In this document: one piece after another, positions 21,360-30,549 of the stretch
Numbering within the stretch: the first letter of the stretch is position 1
How the letters are laid out: each line of letters opens with the position of its first letter
Assembly: GCA_963717755.1 (NCBI GenBank)
Contig: CAVQWY010000004.1
Span: 75,451-139,450 of the forward strand
Direction of reading: 5' to 3'
Length of the DNA: 64,000 bases
Source: an uncultured Microthrixaceae bacterium
Lineage (GTDB): Bacteria > Actinomycetota > Acidimicrobiia > Acidimicrobiales > VFJN01
Made by a program: the position numbers and the translations under genes
The notes under the pieces: model-generated
Seen by the model: the letters and a program-made list of their open reading frames with translations, nothing else
What the model was told of the DNA's origin: nothing
The model's database searches: none

Positions 21360-21788
21360 TCACGCGTCGACGATGACGAACAGCAGGTCGACCTCGCACG
21401 CCGTCTCGCCGCCGACCGACGCGATGCCGTGACCCTTGCCGGCCCGCGGCGGACAGGCGGCCCATCTCGACGCGCAGGTCGAGCGTCTCGCCCGGCTCGA
21501 CCTGGCGGCGGAACCGCACGCCGTCGATCCCGCCGAACAGCGGCAGCTTGCCGGCGTAGCGCGGCTCGAGCAGCACCGCGACGGCGCCCACCTGCGCCAG
21601 CGCCTCGACCATCAGCACCCCGGGGAGCGTCGGGCGGCCGGGGAAGTGCCCGGCGAAGAACGCCTCGTCGCCGGTGAGGTGCCAGCGACCGGCCGCCGAC
21701 TCCCCCGGCACGACCGCGGTCAGCTCGTCGACGAAGAGGAACGGCGGCCGGTGCGGGAGGACGTCGGCCGGCGCCGGCAGGTCAGCCA
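21360..21788 (-). CDS. fabZ: 3-hydroxyacyl-ACP dehydratase
   Basis: LPHRPPFLFVDEL, WHLTGDEAFFAGHFPGRPTLPGVLMVEALAQVGAV, GGIDGVRFRRQVEPGETL. The C-terminus is restored by a frame change (GKGHGIASVGGETACEVDLLFVIVDA, TGA at 21360-21362). The TTG start is inferred. Confidence 0.8.
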
Positions 21789-22245
21789 AGCGACGGCGAG
21801 CAGGTTGGCGGGGGTGTCCTTCGGGCTGACCTTGGGCCAGGCCTCCTGGATCTTGCCCGTCTCGTCGATCAGGAACGCCGAGCGGATGATGCCCATGTAC
21901 TTCTTGCCGTACATCGACTTCTCGCCCCACGCGCCGTACGCCTCGGCGACGGCGTGGTCCTCGTCGGCGAGCAGCGGGAAGCCGAGGCCGTACTTCTCGT
22001 CGAACTTGGCCTGCTTGGCCGGCTTGTCGGGGCTGATGCCGAGCACGGCGGTGTCGCCGATGTCGCCGAGGATGTCGCGCATGCCGCACGCCTGGGTGGT
22101 GCAGCCCGGCGTGTCGGCCTTCGGGTAGAAGAAGATGAAGTGACGTACCTTCCGCGCCTTCAGCGACTTCGAGAGCGTGAACGGAGTTGCCCTCCTGGTC
22201 GAGGAGGGTGAAGTCGGGGGCCTTGTCACCTGGCTTGAGCGGCAT
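21780..22245 (-). CDS. bcp: Peroxiredoxin Bcp (frame-broken; 3' end approximate)
   Basis: MPLKPGDKAPDFTLLDQEGNSV, then in another frame FIFFYPKADTPGCTTQACGMRD...KFDEKYGLGFPLLADEDHAVAEAYGAWGEK...RSAFLIDETGKI. Confidence 0.8.
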
Positions 22246-22310
22246 GCGACGAGACTAGGTGGATGGACATCTGCGACGTCGACCGCGACGACCGCGTGAC
22301 GAGGAACTCA

Positions 22311-22326
22311 TGTGATCTCCGTCACA
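22311..22326. promoter_or_regulatory. Perfect CRP/GlxR-type palindrome TGTGA-N6-TCACA
   Basis: The sequence TGTGATCTCCGTCACA lies in the divergent bcp/cyclase intergenic region. It is 43-58 nt upstream of the cyclase ATG at 22369 and 66-81 nt upstream of the bcp start. Confidence 0.6.
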
Positions 22327-22368
22327 AATGGGCACGAAACCGGGTCCGGGGGCGTCCAATGGGGCGAC

Positions 22369-22992
22369 ATGGACACCTCCGAGCTCGCCGCCATCACCTC
22401 CGATCACCGGGTCCACCGCACGTTCGCCTTCGTGGACCTGTGCGGGTTCACCGACTTCGTGGACGAGCGCGGCGATGACGGCGCCGTCGTCGAGCTGCAG
22501 ATCCTGCGGGCCACCGTGCGCGAGGTCGCTCCCCTCTTCGGCGTCCGGGTCGAGAAGTGGCTCGGCGATGGCCTCATGCTCGTCGGCGTCGACTCCGAGC
22601 CCCTCGTGGGCGCCGCCCTCGCCATCGAGCAGCGCCACTCCCGCTTCGGCAGCCTCGAGCTGCGCGGCGGCGTCGCCTCGGGCGACGTGATCCTGCTGGA
22701 GGGCGACGACTACGTCGGTCGAGCGGTCAACCTCGCCTCCCGCCTGTGCGACGTCGCGGCACCCGGTCAGATCCTCGCCGCCACCGAGGACCTCGAGCTC
22801 CCCGAGTGGGTCGCGGCCGACGAGCACGACCCGGTCACCGTCAAGGGCATGGCCGACGAGGTGGCGGTGGTCGCGCTCAACTCCGATCGCGCCGTCTTGC
22901 GCCGGATGTCGCGCTCGCGTTCGGCATCCGCGCTGCTCGCCGTGGTCGACGGGCTGATCCGGCCGATGCGCGGCTGGTCCCAGGCGAGCTGA
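22369..22992 (+). CDS. Class III adenylate/guanylate cyclase, catalytic domain only
   Basis: Intact ORF with FAFVDLCGFTDF (metal Asp), EKWLGDGLMLV and DYVGRAVNLASRLCD. The tracked GTG at 22312 would sit inside the palindrome, so the ATG at 22369 is preferred. Confidence 0.85.
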   Translation: MDTSELAAITSDHRVHRTFAFVDLCGFTDFVDERGDDGAVVELQILRATVREVAPLFGVRVEKWLGDGLMLVGVDSEPLVGAALAIEQRHSRFGSLELRGGVASGDVILLEGDDYVGRAVNLASRLCDVAAPGQILAATEDLELPEWVAADEHDPVTVKGMADEVAVVALNSDRAVLRRMSRSRSASALLAVVDGLIRPMRGWSQAS

Positions 22993-22995
22993 CCC

Positions 22996-23784
22996 TCACG
23001 CCTCCGTCGGGGGCGGGCGGGACGGCGGACCATCGAGCGGCAGGCACTCCGCGCAGAAGTCCTCGCCGAACGGCGTCATCTGGACGCTGCGGTGCACGAT
23101 CTTCGGCGAGCGCCCCGCCTCCTTCAGCGCCTCCAGGACGTCGGGCTGCACCTCGACCACCTGGTACCGCGTGGGATCGGACACCTGCTCCCGCGAGAAC
23201 CAGATCAGGCCGAGCCGGAAGAGGTTGTTGAGGGCGGCGTTGGTGCGGTGCATGGCGCGGACGCCGGCCTGAAGGCCGATCATCGACAGCCCAGACGCGA
23301 CGACCTCGGAGCCGACACCGAGCGGGCGGTTGGTGCGCACGTCGATCGAGGGCTGCGGGCCCTCCATGGCGAGGAACCGCAGGATCCGGGCCTCGTCAGG
23401 CGTCAGCTCCTCCAGGATGCGGGCGTAGGCCGGGTGGGTGTCCTCCGCGAACCAGACGTCCGCCGACTGGTACAGCAGCTCCGCCCCGCGCGCCCGCAGC
23501 TCCTCGCCGGTGGGGCCCGAACGCCACGCCGGTGCCGACCGCGGCTCGGTCTCGATGCCCAGCACCCCGCGCGCCATCGAGCGCAGCTCACCGACCAGCT
23601 CGGCGATGGCCGGCGCGGGTGACCGCCCGGCGGCCATCGCCTTGACGACCTCGGACGTGGCGGTCGTGGTCGTCTCGACCGACCACCGCGCGATCCGCGT
23701 CGCGGACGCCACCGCGACGCGCGCCAGCCCAGGCACGGCGCCGAGCAGGCTGGTGTCGACGTCCGGGCGCTCGGGAACGGTCAC
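22996..23784 (-). CDS. Hypothetical protein (possibly DUF4393/Abi-alpha-like; not verifiable here)
   Basis: GTG at 23782-23784, one nt after the DUF445 stop. The sequence is well-behaved: ...LTPDEARILRFLAMEGPQPSIDVRTNRPLGVGSEVV...LNNLFRLGLIWFSREQVSDPTRYQVVE... The upstream part of the tracked 354 aa ORF is R/P-rich overprint. Confidence 0.45.
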   Translation of the reverse strand: MTVPERPDVDTSLLGAVPGLARVAVASATRIARWSVETTTTATSEVVKAMAAGRSPAPAIAELVGELRSMARGVLGIETEPRSAPAWRSGPTGEELRARGAELLYQSADVWFAEDTHPAYARILEELTPDEARILRFLAMEGPQPSIDVRTNRPLGVGSEVVASGLSMIGLQAGVRAMHRTNAALNNLFRLGLIWFSREQVSDPTRYQVVEVQPDVLEALKEAGRSPKIVHRSVQMTPFGEDFCAECLPLDGPPSRPPPTEA

Positions 23785-23785
23785 G

Positions 23786-25087
23786 TCACACTCCGAAGAT
23801 CGCCAGGTGGATGAGGCCGGCGCCGAAGCCGAGCACGGCGCCGTGCACGAAGAGCAGCCACTCGTCGGACTTGATGGCCGAGCGCAGCAGCTCGGAGAAC
23901 TCCTCTGACGACAGCGTCCGCATCTGCCGGGCGACGAAGACCTTGATCTTCTCCGCCTGCTCCTGGTTGAACGACTCGTCGGTGAAGATCGAGGTGAACC
24001 CTGTGGCCTCTGTCGCCACGGACGCGCGGATCCGGTCGTACTCCCGGGTGCCGATGGCAACCCGCACCGCGGACTGGGCCGGCCCGAGGGCCTTGTCGAC
24101 CGCGGGGCGCAGCACCGACTCGAGCATCTGGTGCGTGCGGTCGGACCGCGGGCCGTACAGCAGCTCGTCGCCGACGTTCTCGATGGTGATGACCTTGGTG
24201 GCGATCAGCTCGGCGAACACGTCGCTCGCCTCGGGCTGTCGCTTGAGGAAGAGGCCTTGGAACGTGAACGGCCCGATCCGCTTCGGCTCCACCGGTTCGA
24301 AGATCATCGTGATGCCGAGGTAGTTGACGATGTAGCCGATCACGACGCCGCCGATCGGGAGCACCCACCAGAACGGGTAGGCGCGCACGATCAACACGAG
24401 GATGAAGCCCATCGGGACCCCGAAGTAGAAGCCGAAGTTCTGCATGAACCGCAGCTCCTTGGCCCCGATGTCCTGGAACATCGCGTTCATCATCTCCGGG
24501 TGCTCCCGGAAGTACCTGATGATCATGAGCTTGGCGTCGATCAGCTGGTCGACGTGCGCCCCGATCTCGTCGGTCACGGAGTGGACGATGGCGGGCAGCT
24601 GCTGCTCCACCCGCGTGAACACCGACTCCTTGAGCGCCGGCGGCAGGTCCTTCCAGAGCTGCGGGTGCTCCTGCTGCATGATCCGCTCGACCACGCCGCG
24701 GATCTCCGCCCGCGCGGTGGCCAGCAGCCGGTCGGCGATCTTCTCCGGCTCGAGCTCCCGGTAGAAGTCGCCGATGCTGCCCACCTTGGACAAGGCCTTG
24801 TCCGTGGCGATGCTCGCCATCTTGTCGACGCGCGACGGCACGATGCCCTGCCAGCCCAAGCGCCCGTCCTTCGAGAGCACCGGGATCACCTGCACCCGCC
24901 GCGGGAGGAACGGGAACAGCACCTTGAGCCCGGGCACCCGGAAGCCGTAGTAGCGCACCGGCTTGAACAGCATCAGCACACCGGACCAGTTCGTGATGTA
25001 GCCGATGACGCCCGTGAACAGCGGGATCGAGATCAGCTCGAACAGGAGCTTGTTCGACTCGTCGACGTGCACGATCTGCGCGAACAC
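23786..25087 (-). CDS. DUF445-family membrane protein
   Basis: Intact 433 aa ORF with TM segments at both ends (IPLFTGVIGYITNWSGVLMLFKP; WLLFVHGAVLGFGAGLIHLAIFG) and a helical middle, resembling YheB/DUF445 proteins. Confidence 0.65.
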   Translation of the reverse strand: MFAQIVHVDESNKLLFELISIPLFTGVIGYITNWSGVLMLFKPVRYYGFRVPGLKVLFPFLPRRVQVIPVLSKDGRLGWQGIVPSRVDKMASIATDKALSKVGSIGDFYRELEPEKIADRLLATARAEIRGVVERIMQQEHPQLWKDLPPALKESVFTRVEQQLPAIVHSVTDEIGAHVDQLIDAKLMIIRYFREHPEMMNAMFQDIGAKELRFMQNFGFYFGVPMGFILVLIVRAYPFWWVLPIGGVVIGYIVNYLGITMIFEPVEPKRIGPFTFQGLFLKRQPEASDVFAELIATKVITIENVGDELLYGPRSDRTHQMLESVLRPAVDKALGPAQSAVRVAIGTREYDRIRASVATEATGFTSIFTDESFNQEQAEKIKVFVARQMRTLSSEEFSELLRSAIKSDEWLLFVHGAVLGFGAGLIHLAIFGV

Positions 25088-25135
25088 GCATCCCCCCGCT
25101 GGTCCCCAGACGGGATCACCCTCGCACAGAAGACC

Positions 25136-25450
25136 TCAGCCGCGCAGCGCTCGGCCCACGCCGGGGATCGACCCGACTGCGTCGCGGAAGCGCCCGAGGT
25201 CGGTCGCCACGCCCGCCAGCCGGTCGTCGAGCTCCGGGAGCATCTGGTGGAGCACCGCGGTGGTCTCCGCGAGCGACTCGTTGAGGGCGTCGATCCGCCC
25301 CGGCAGGTCGGTGAGCGAGCGCCGCACCCGAGCGAGCGTCCACGGCACCAGCAGCGCCTCCTCGAGGAGCTTGCCGGGGAACCGCACCAGCAAGGAGAGG
25401 AGCGACGGGTCAGGTCGATCCGGGTCGACGGCGACGGTGTCTGTGGGCAC
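25136..25450 (-). CDS. Small helical hypothetical protein
   Basis: Intact 104 aa ORF, 48 nt upstream of the DUF445 gene on the same strand. No recognisable motif. Confidence 0.4.
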   Translation of the reverse strand: MPTDTVAVDPDRPDPSLLSLLVRFPGKLLEEALLVPWTLARVRRSLTDLPGRIDALNESLAETTAVLHQMLPELDDRLAGVATDLGRFRDAVGSIPGVGRALRG

Positions 25451-25530
25451 TCGCAGACCGTACCGGGCGGGCGGTGCATCAGGCGGAGGACTCGTCGAGC
25501 CCGAGGGACCCGGCGAGGTCGTGGCGTGCG

Positions 25531-25923
25531 CTAGCGAGCGTTGACGAGGAAGTCCGCGGTGCTGACGAAGTACTCGAGCATCCCGGCCCCGATGGAGGGC
25601 TCGATCCCCCGCTCGAGGATGACCGCCTCGAGCGCCGCGGTCATGTGCACGAGCCAGGCGTCCCGCTCCGCCTCGCTGATCACGAACGGGGCATGGCGCT
25701 GTCGGAGCCGCGGGTGGCCGCGCTCCTCGCTGTAGGTGCCGTGACCACCCCAGTACTGCGTGAGGAACAACGCGAGGTGTCGAGCCGGGTCGGTGAGGTC
25801 GTCCGGGTAGAGCGGCCGCAGCAGCAGATCGGTGGCCACCCCCCGGTAGAAGCGGTCGACCACGTCGACGAAGAACGCCTCGCCCCCGACCGCGTCGTGC
25901 ACGTTCACCTCGTCACCCCCCAT
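25531..25923 (-). CDS. glbO: Group II truncated hemoglobin
   Basis: Internal ATG at 25921-25923. Sequence: FFVDVVDRFYRGVATDLLLRPLYP...HLALFLTQYWGGHGTYSEERGHPRLRQRHAPFVISEAERDAWLVHM. Confidence 0.8.
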   Translation of the reverse strand: MGGDEVNVHDAVGGEAFFVDVVDRFYRGVATDLLLRPLYPDDLTDPARHLALFLTQYWGGHGTYSEERGHPRLRQRHAPFVISEAERDAWLVHMTAALEAVILERGIEPSIGAGMLEYFVSTADFLVNAR

Positions 25924-25931
25924 CGAGGACG

Positions 25932-26255
25932 CTAGCGCTGCTTGTCCTTGCGCCGGCCGTGCCCGAAGAAGCCGCCTTCCGGACGGGCGTGGGCGTGGTA
26001 GTGGTCTGGGATGTTGCGCATGTTGTCGTCGACGTAGTGGCCGTCGAAGACCGCAGAGGTCACCCGGGCCAGCTCGCCGTGCATGTGGGCGAGGTCCTCC
26101 GGCGAGGGATCGATGCCGTGCCAGCGCCACACGACCATGGGCGTGTCGCAGATCTCACACTCCGCGATCCAGCAGACGTCGTCCTCGTGGAACCAATGGG
26201 TGATCTTGGCCGCTTCGCAGAGGTCGCAGCGGTCGGACTTCTCGCCGTGGGGCAT
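25932..26255 (-). CDS. Divergent HIT-superfamily-like small protein with CxxC pairs
   Basis: Intact 107 aa ORF. CDLCEAAK...HEDDVCWIAECEICDTPMVVWRWHG parallels the HIT N-terminal half. DHYHAHA fits the HxHxHxx histidine triad. Confidence 0.45.
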   Translation of the reverse strand: MPHGEKSDRCDLCEAAKITHWFHEDDVCWIAECEICDTPMVVWRWHGIDPSPEDLAHMHGELARVTSAVFDGHYVDDNMRNIPDHYHAHARPEGGFFGHGRRKDKQR

Positions 26256-26287
26256 CAGCGCATCATCGCACCGCTACCTTCGACCCG

Positions 26288-26935
26288 ATGGATGCGCAGC
26301 ACGCCGGCACGGGCTACCTCGCCCTCCCGGAGGCCCCGAGCGGACGCGGGATCCTCGTGCTCCATGCGTGGTGGGGCCTCACCGATCACGTGCGAGGCGT
26401 GTGCGACCTCCTGGCCGCGGAGGGGTACGTGGCGCTGGCGCCCGACCTGTTCGACGGGCAGGTGGCCACGGAGGTGGCCGACGCCGAACGACAGCTGCAC
26501 GCCGCCGACGCCGACGCGCTCGCCCACCTGACCCGCTCCAGCCTGCAGACCCTCCAGGACCTGCCGGTCACCGACGGCGCCCAGGTGGGCCTGCTGGGCT
26601 ACTCGATGGGCGCGTCGATGGCGCTCTGGTTGGCGGCGCGGGTCCCCGAGGCGGTGGCGGCCACGGTGGTCTTCTACGGCGGCCAGGACATCGACATGGT
26701 GGACGCCCGCTCCGCGTTCCTCGGGCACTACGCCGAGGAGGACCCGTACGTCGACGACGACGAGCTCGTGCTGCTGGAGTCCGAGCTCCACCTCGACGGC
26801 CTCGACGTCGAGTTCCACCGGTACCCCGGCACCCACCACTGGTTCGCGGAGGACGACCGACCCGAGCACGACCGAGACGCGGCCGCGCTGGCGTGGGACC
26901 GGACGCTCGCGTTCTTCCGGACCTACCTCGACTAG
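26288..26935 (+). CDS. Dienelactone hydrolase family protein
   Basis: Intact 215 aa ORF with GILVLHAWWGL, the nucleophile elbow GYSMGAS, and HHWF near the C-terminus. Confidence 0.8.
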   Translation: MDAQHAGTGYLALPEAPSGRGILVLHAWWGLTDHVRGVCDLLAAEGYVALAPDLFDGQVATEVADAERQLHAADADALAHLTRSSLQTLQDLPVTDGAQVGLLGYSMGASMALWLAARVPEAVAATVVFYGGQDIDMVDARSAFLGHYAEEDPYVDDDELVLLESELHLDGLDVEFHRYPGTHHWFAEDDRPEHDRDAAALAWDRTLAFFRTYLD

Positions 26936-27718
26936 CCCTCGTCGAGGGCGGCGCGGAAGTCGGCCACGACGGCCCCGAGGTCTTCGGGTGTCCCGCCGTC
27001 GAGGCGCAAGCGCATCAGCGCGGAGGCCACCACCACCCCGTCGGCGTGCGACGACGCGGTGCGCGGCGTGGTCCGGGGTGGCGATGCCGAACCCCATGAT
27101 CACCGGCAGGTCGGTCGTGGCCTTGAGGCGCTTGGCCAGCACCGTGGACGAGTCGGCCACCTCCGTCCGCTCCCCGGTGACGCCGAGCAGGTTGACGCCG
27201 TAGACGAACCCCTGCGACCGCTGGCACAGCTTGGCCAGTCGATCGTCGGGCGTGAGCGGCGAGGCCAGCTGCACGGTGGCGAGGCCGGCGTCTCGTCCGT
27301 GGGGCTCCCACTCCCCCAGCTCCTCCATCGGCAGGTCCGGGAGGATGATCCCCGAAACCCCCGCGGCCACCGCCTCGGCGGCGAACCGCTCGTACCCGGA
27401 GTGGAACACGAGGTTCACGTAGGTCATCACCACCAGCGGGACACCGGCGTCGACCTCACGGAGCGCGGTGAGGATGGCGCCGAGGTTCGCACCCTGCTCG
27501 AGGGCGACCTCGGACGCCTCCTGGATGGTGGGGCCGTCCATGACCGGGTCGGAGAACGGGATGCCGACCTCGATGGCGTCGGCGCCGGCGGCCGCGAACG
27601 CGCTGACGACCTCCGTCCAGTCGTCACCGAGCCCGCCGGTGACGTAGGGGACCAACAGCTTGCGGCCGGCGTCACGACGCTCCCGGAGGTGCGCCTCGAG
27701 CGTCGTCGGCTCAGGCAC
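26932..27718 (-). CDS. trpA: Tryptophan synthase alpha chain (one frame break near 27060)
   Basis: [13 protein letters not shown]...[25 protein letters not shown]...VMTYVNLVF...GIILPDLP...[15 protein letters not shown]...PVIMGFGI. The C-terminus is restored in another frame ([13 protein letters not shown]...), with a stop at 26932-26934. Confidence 0.9.
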
Positions 27719-28895
27719 CGGAGCCCCGCCCGAGGATGTCGGCCACCTGGGCCACGTCCTTGTCCCCCCGGCCGGACAGGTTGAGGATCACCGTCTTGCC
27801 CGCCAGCTCCTCCTTGGCGCGGAGGACCCAGGCGAGGGCATGGGCGGACTCCAGCGCCGGGATGATGCCCTCGGTGCGGGCCAGCACCTGGAAGGCGTCG
27901 AGCACCTCGGCGTCGGTGACCTTCTCGTAGCGGGCCCGGCCCGTCTCGGCGAGGTGCGCGTGCTCCGGGCCGATGCCCGGGTAGTCGAGGCCCGCGGAGA
28001 TCGACTCTGCCTCCACCACCTGCCCGTGCTCGTCCTGGAGCAGGTACGACTTCGAGCCGTGGACGATGCCCGGCACGCCGTGGGCGACCGCCGCCCCGCC
28101 CGCGGGCTCCACCCCGACGAGGTCGACGTCGGGCAGCTCGGCGAACCCGGAGAAGAGGCCGATGGCGTTGGACCCGCCACCCACGCAGGCGGTGACGACG
28201 TCGGGGTCGCGCCCGAGGAGCGTTCGGCACTGCTCCCGCGCCTCGTCACCGATGACGCGGTGCAGCTCGCGCACCATCCACGGGTACGGGTGCGGACCCA
28301 TCACCGAGCCGAGCAGGTAGTGGCTCGACTCCACGGAGGCGACCCAGTCGCGCATGGCCTCGTTGATGGCGTCCTTGAGGGTGCGGCTCCCGGACGACGC
28401 CGGCCGCACCTCGGCCCCGAGCAGACGCATCCGGAAGACGTTGAGCGCCTGCCGGTCCATGTCGACCTCGCCCATGTAGACGACGCAGTCGAGGCCCAGC
28501 AGCGCGGCAGCGGTGGCGGCGGCCACGCCGTGCTGACCGGCGCCGGTCTCGGCCACCACCCGCGGCTTGCCCATCCGCTGCGCGAGCAGCGCCTGACCGA
28601 GCACGTTGTTGATCTTGTGCGAGCCGGTGTGGTTCAGGTCCTCCCGCTTCAACAGGAGCGTGCACCCGAGCTCGGCCGACAGCCGGCGCGCCTCGTAGAG
28701 CAGCGAGGGTCGCCCGGCGTAGTCGCGCAGGAGGCGATCCAGCTCGGCGCGGAAGCCAGGGTCCGCCCACGCCTCCCGGAAGGCCCGGTCGAGCTCGGCG
28801 CACGCCATCACGAGCGTCTCCGGGATGTACCGGCCCCCGAACTCGCCGAACCGCCCCGTGGACCCGGGGTCACCCATCACGAGGTCGGCGGACAT
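27711..28895 (-). CDS. trpB: Tryptophan synthase beta chain
   Basis: Intact from the internal ATG ([28 protein letters not shown]). PLP-lysine motif [11 protein letters not shown], and GGGSNAIG. It overlaps the trpA start by 8 nt. Confidence 0.95.
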   Translation of the reverse strand: MSADLVMGDPGSTGRFGEFGGRYIPETLVMACAELDRAFREAWADPGFRAELDRLLRDYAGRPSLLYEARRLSAELGCTLLLKREDLNHTGSHKINNVLGQALLAQRMGKPRVVAETGAGQHGVAAATAAALLGLDCVVYMGEVDMDRQALNVFRMRLLGAEVRPASSGSRTLKDAINEAMRDWVASVESSHYLLGSVMGPHPYPWMVRELHRVIGDEAREQCRTLLGRDPDVVTACVGGGSNAIGLFSGFAELPDVDLVGVEPAGGAAVAHGVPGIVHGSKSYLLQDEHGQVVEAESISAGLDYPGIGPEHAHLAETGRARYEKVTDAEVLDAFQVLARTEGIIPALESAHALAWVLRAKEELAGKTVILNLSGRGDKDVAQVADILGRGSGA

Positions 28896-28973
28896 CCGTA
28901 GAGCGTGAACCGTGGAGCCGGGCGAGCGCCAGTCGGTTGCGCGGCGCCTACGCTGCTGCACCAGGGGTGACCG

Positions 28974-30539
28974 GTGACGGGCACAGCACATCGCTCGAGG
29001 CGAGGTTGGCACCTCGTGATCTGGTGCGTGGCGCTGCTCGCAACCTCGGGCTGCGACGCAGGGCCCCCAGCCGGCTCGGACGATGGGGCGAGCGCGGCGG
29101 CCCCGTTCACAGTCGATCTCGAGGTGGCTGGCTATCGAGCGGTGTCGGCAGGGGTGGGCACCGCAGAGCAGATCTGGGGATCCGACGGCGATCTGACGGA
29201 CGAGCCGTTCACCGCGCTGGAGGAGGACTCAACCAGCGGTGACGCGAGCGTGGTGCTGATCTCCGTGACGGGGTTCGAGGGACAGGAGGGCGGCCTCAGC
29301 CAATCGGCGTTCGGCAGATCGGATGAGCAGGCTTTCTCACTCGACAGACACGACGCCATCTACAGCCCTCCCGGGGACAGCAGCCGAAGCCGCACTTGGT
29401 CCGACCTCGTGGTCGCGATCGCCGACGACTTCGCCGTTCGGGTCACCACACCGCAGGCGACCCGCGGTGAGCTGGTCGAGCTGTTCAAGCGGGTTGAGAC
29501 GCACGGGCGGCTGGAACCACCGTCCATCGAACCACCCGAGGGCATGCACATCGTCGGCTCGATGGATGCGCACGCGGCGGTCGCGTCGCGCGCCAGCGTG
29601 GTCGCGAGCTCCGACTACGTCCCCGGGACCTCCGCAGCTCGGAGCGTCGGGTGGGTAGGTGAGGACGACGGAAGCGGCACCCTCGGGCTGGTCGCCCTGC
29701 CCGGCAGCGCGGCGGACCTCGACGCGATCGCGGTCGGTCAGGTGGTCTTGGGGTGGGTCGACCCGACCGTCACCGCCGGAGTGGTCGACGACCGCCACTA
29801 CATCGTGGTCGACGAGGACCGCCCGCCCGACTACTCGGACCGGCGAGCGATCTGGATGGAGGCTCCCTGGGGCGAGCTGCTGACGGTGAGGGCAGTCGGA
29901 GATGAGCTGCCGTCGCGGGACCGTCTCCTGGAACTCCTGTTGTCTGTGGCGCCAGCGGACGATGCCGCGTGGGAGGAGCTGGTCATCGAGGCAACCGGGG
30001 GACCTGGGCTGCACGCCGACGCGGACCGCACGGAGTTGGCGCGGGGAGAGGTCGGCGCCCTTGGTTGGCTGCTCCAGACGGCGCCGTACTCCGACACCGA
30101 GTTCCTCGAGAACGAAGAACCCGACCCACCCACCATCGGTGTCGACGAGTGCCTCAAGCTGTCGGACCGAACGCGGGCGTGTGGGCAGGGAATGAGCAGT
30201 GCAGGACACGACTGGGTGGCCTACTCGATCGAGGAGGAGCACGGCCTTGAGTTCGTGATCCTCAGCACGACGCTGCCGGCGGCCTCCGTGCGGGTCACCA
30301 CCCGGTCCGACCAAGCCACCGCACCGCTGCATCGCGTGCCCGGGACCGACGTGTGGGGCGCGGTCGTGTTCGTCGACGATCCTGGCGCCGCCGATGGCGT
30401 CTGTGATGACGGGCCCCCTGGTGTCGCGCCACCACAAGATGCGCCCTTCCCATTGGCGAGGATCGACGCCTTAGATGCTGACGGCAACGTGGTCGGGTGT
30501 CTGGGGCTCGGACCCGGCTCGCACGTCGGCGGCATCTGA
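28974..30539 (+). CDS. Lipoprotein of unknown function, antisense to the trp genes
   Basis: Intact 521 aa ORF. Signal peptide plus lipobox ([11 protein letters not shown]). Acidic, with no motif I recognise. By eye its composition is more A/T-rich than its neighbours. Confidence 0.6.
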   Translation: MTGTAHRSRRGWHLVIWCVALLATSGCDAGPPAGSDDGASAAAPFTVDLEVAGYRAVSAGVGTAEQIWGSDGDLTDEPFTALEEDSTSGDASVVLISVTGFEGQEGGLSQSAFGRSDEQAFSLDRHDAIYSPPGDSSRSRTWSDLVVAIADDFAVRVTTPQATRGELVELFKRVETHGRLEPPSIEPPEGMHIVGSMDAHAAVASRASVVASSDYVPGTSAARSVGWVGEDDGSGTLGLVALPGSAADLDAIAVGQVVLGWVDPTVTAGVVDDRHYIVVDEDRPPDYSDRRAIWMEAPWGELLTVRAVGDELPSRDRLLELLLSVAPADDAAWEELVIEATGGPGLHADADRTELARGEVGALGWLLQTAPYSDTEFLENEEPDPPTIGVDECLKLSDRTRACGQGMSSAGHDWVAYSIEEEHGLEFVILSTTLPAASVRVTTRSDQATAPLHRVPGTDVWGAVVFVDDPGAADGVCDDGPPGVAPPQDAPFPLARIDALDADGNVVGCLGLGPGSHVGGI

Positions 30540-30549
30540 CCCCGCTCGG

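Noticed and set aside
22369-23784. Pycsar/CBASS-like defence pair (a minimal nucleotide cyclase next to a possible Abi-like protein).
   Set aside because: The two genes are convergent rather than co-transcribed. The neighbour has no recognisable cyclic-nucleotide-binding, TIR, patatin or pore-forming effector domain, and it belongs to a different five-gene operon. The cyclase also has a CRP-site promoter, which is typical of housekeeping cAMP signalling.
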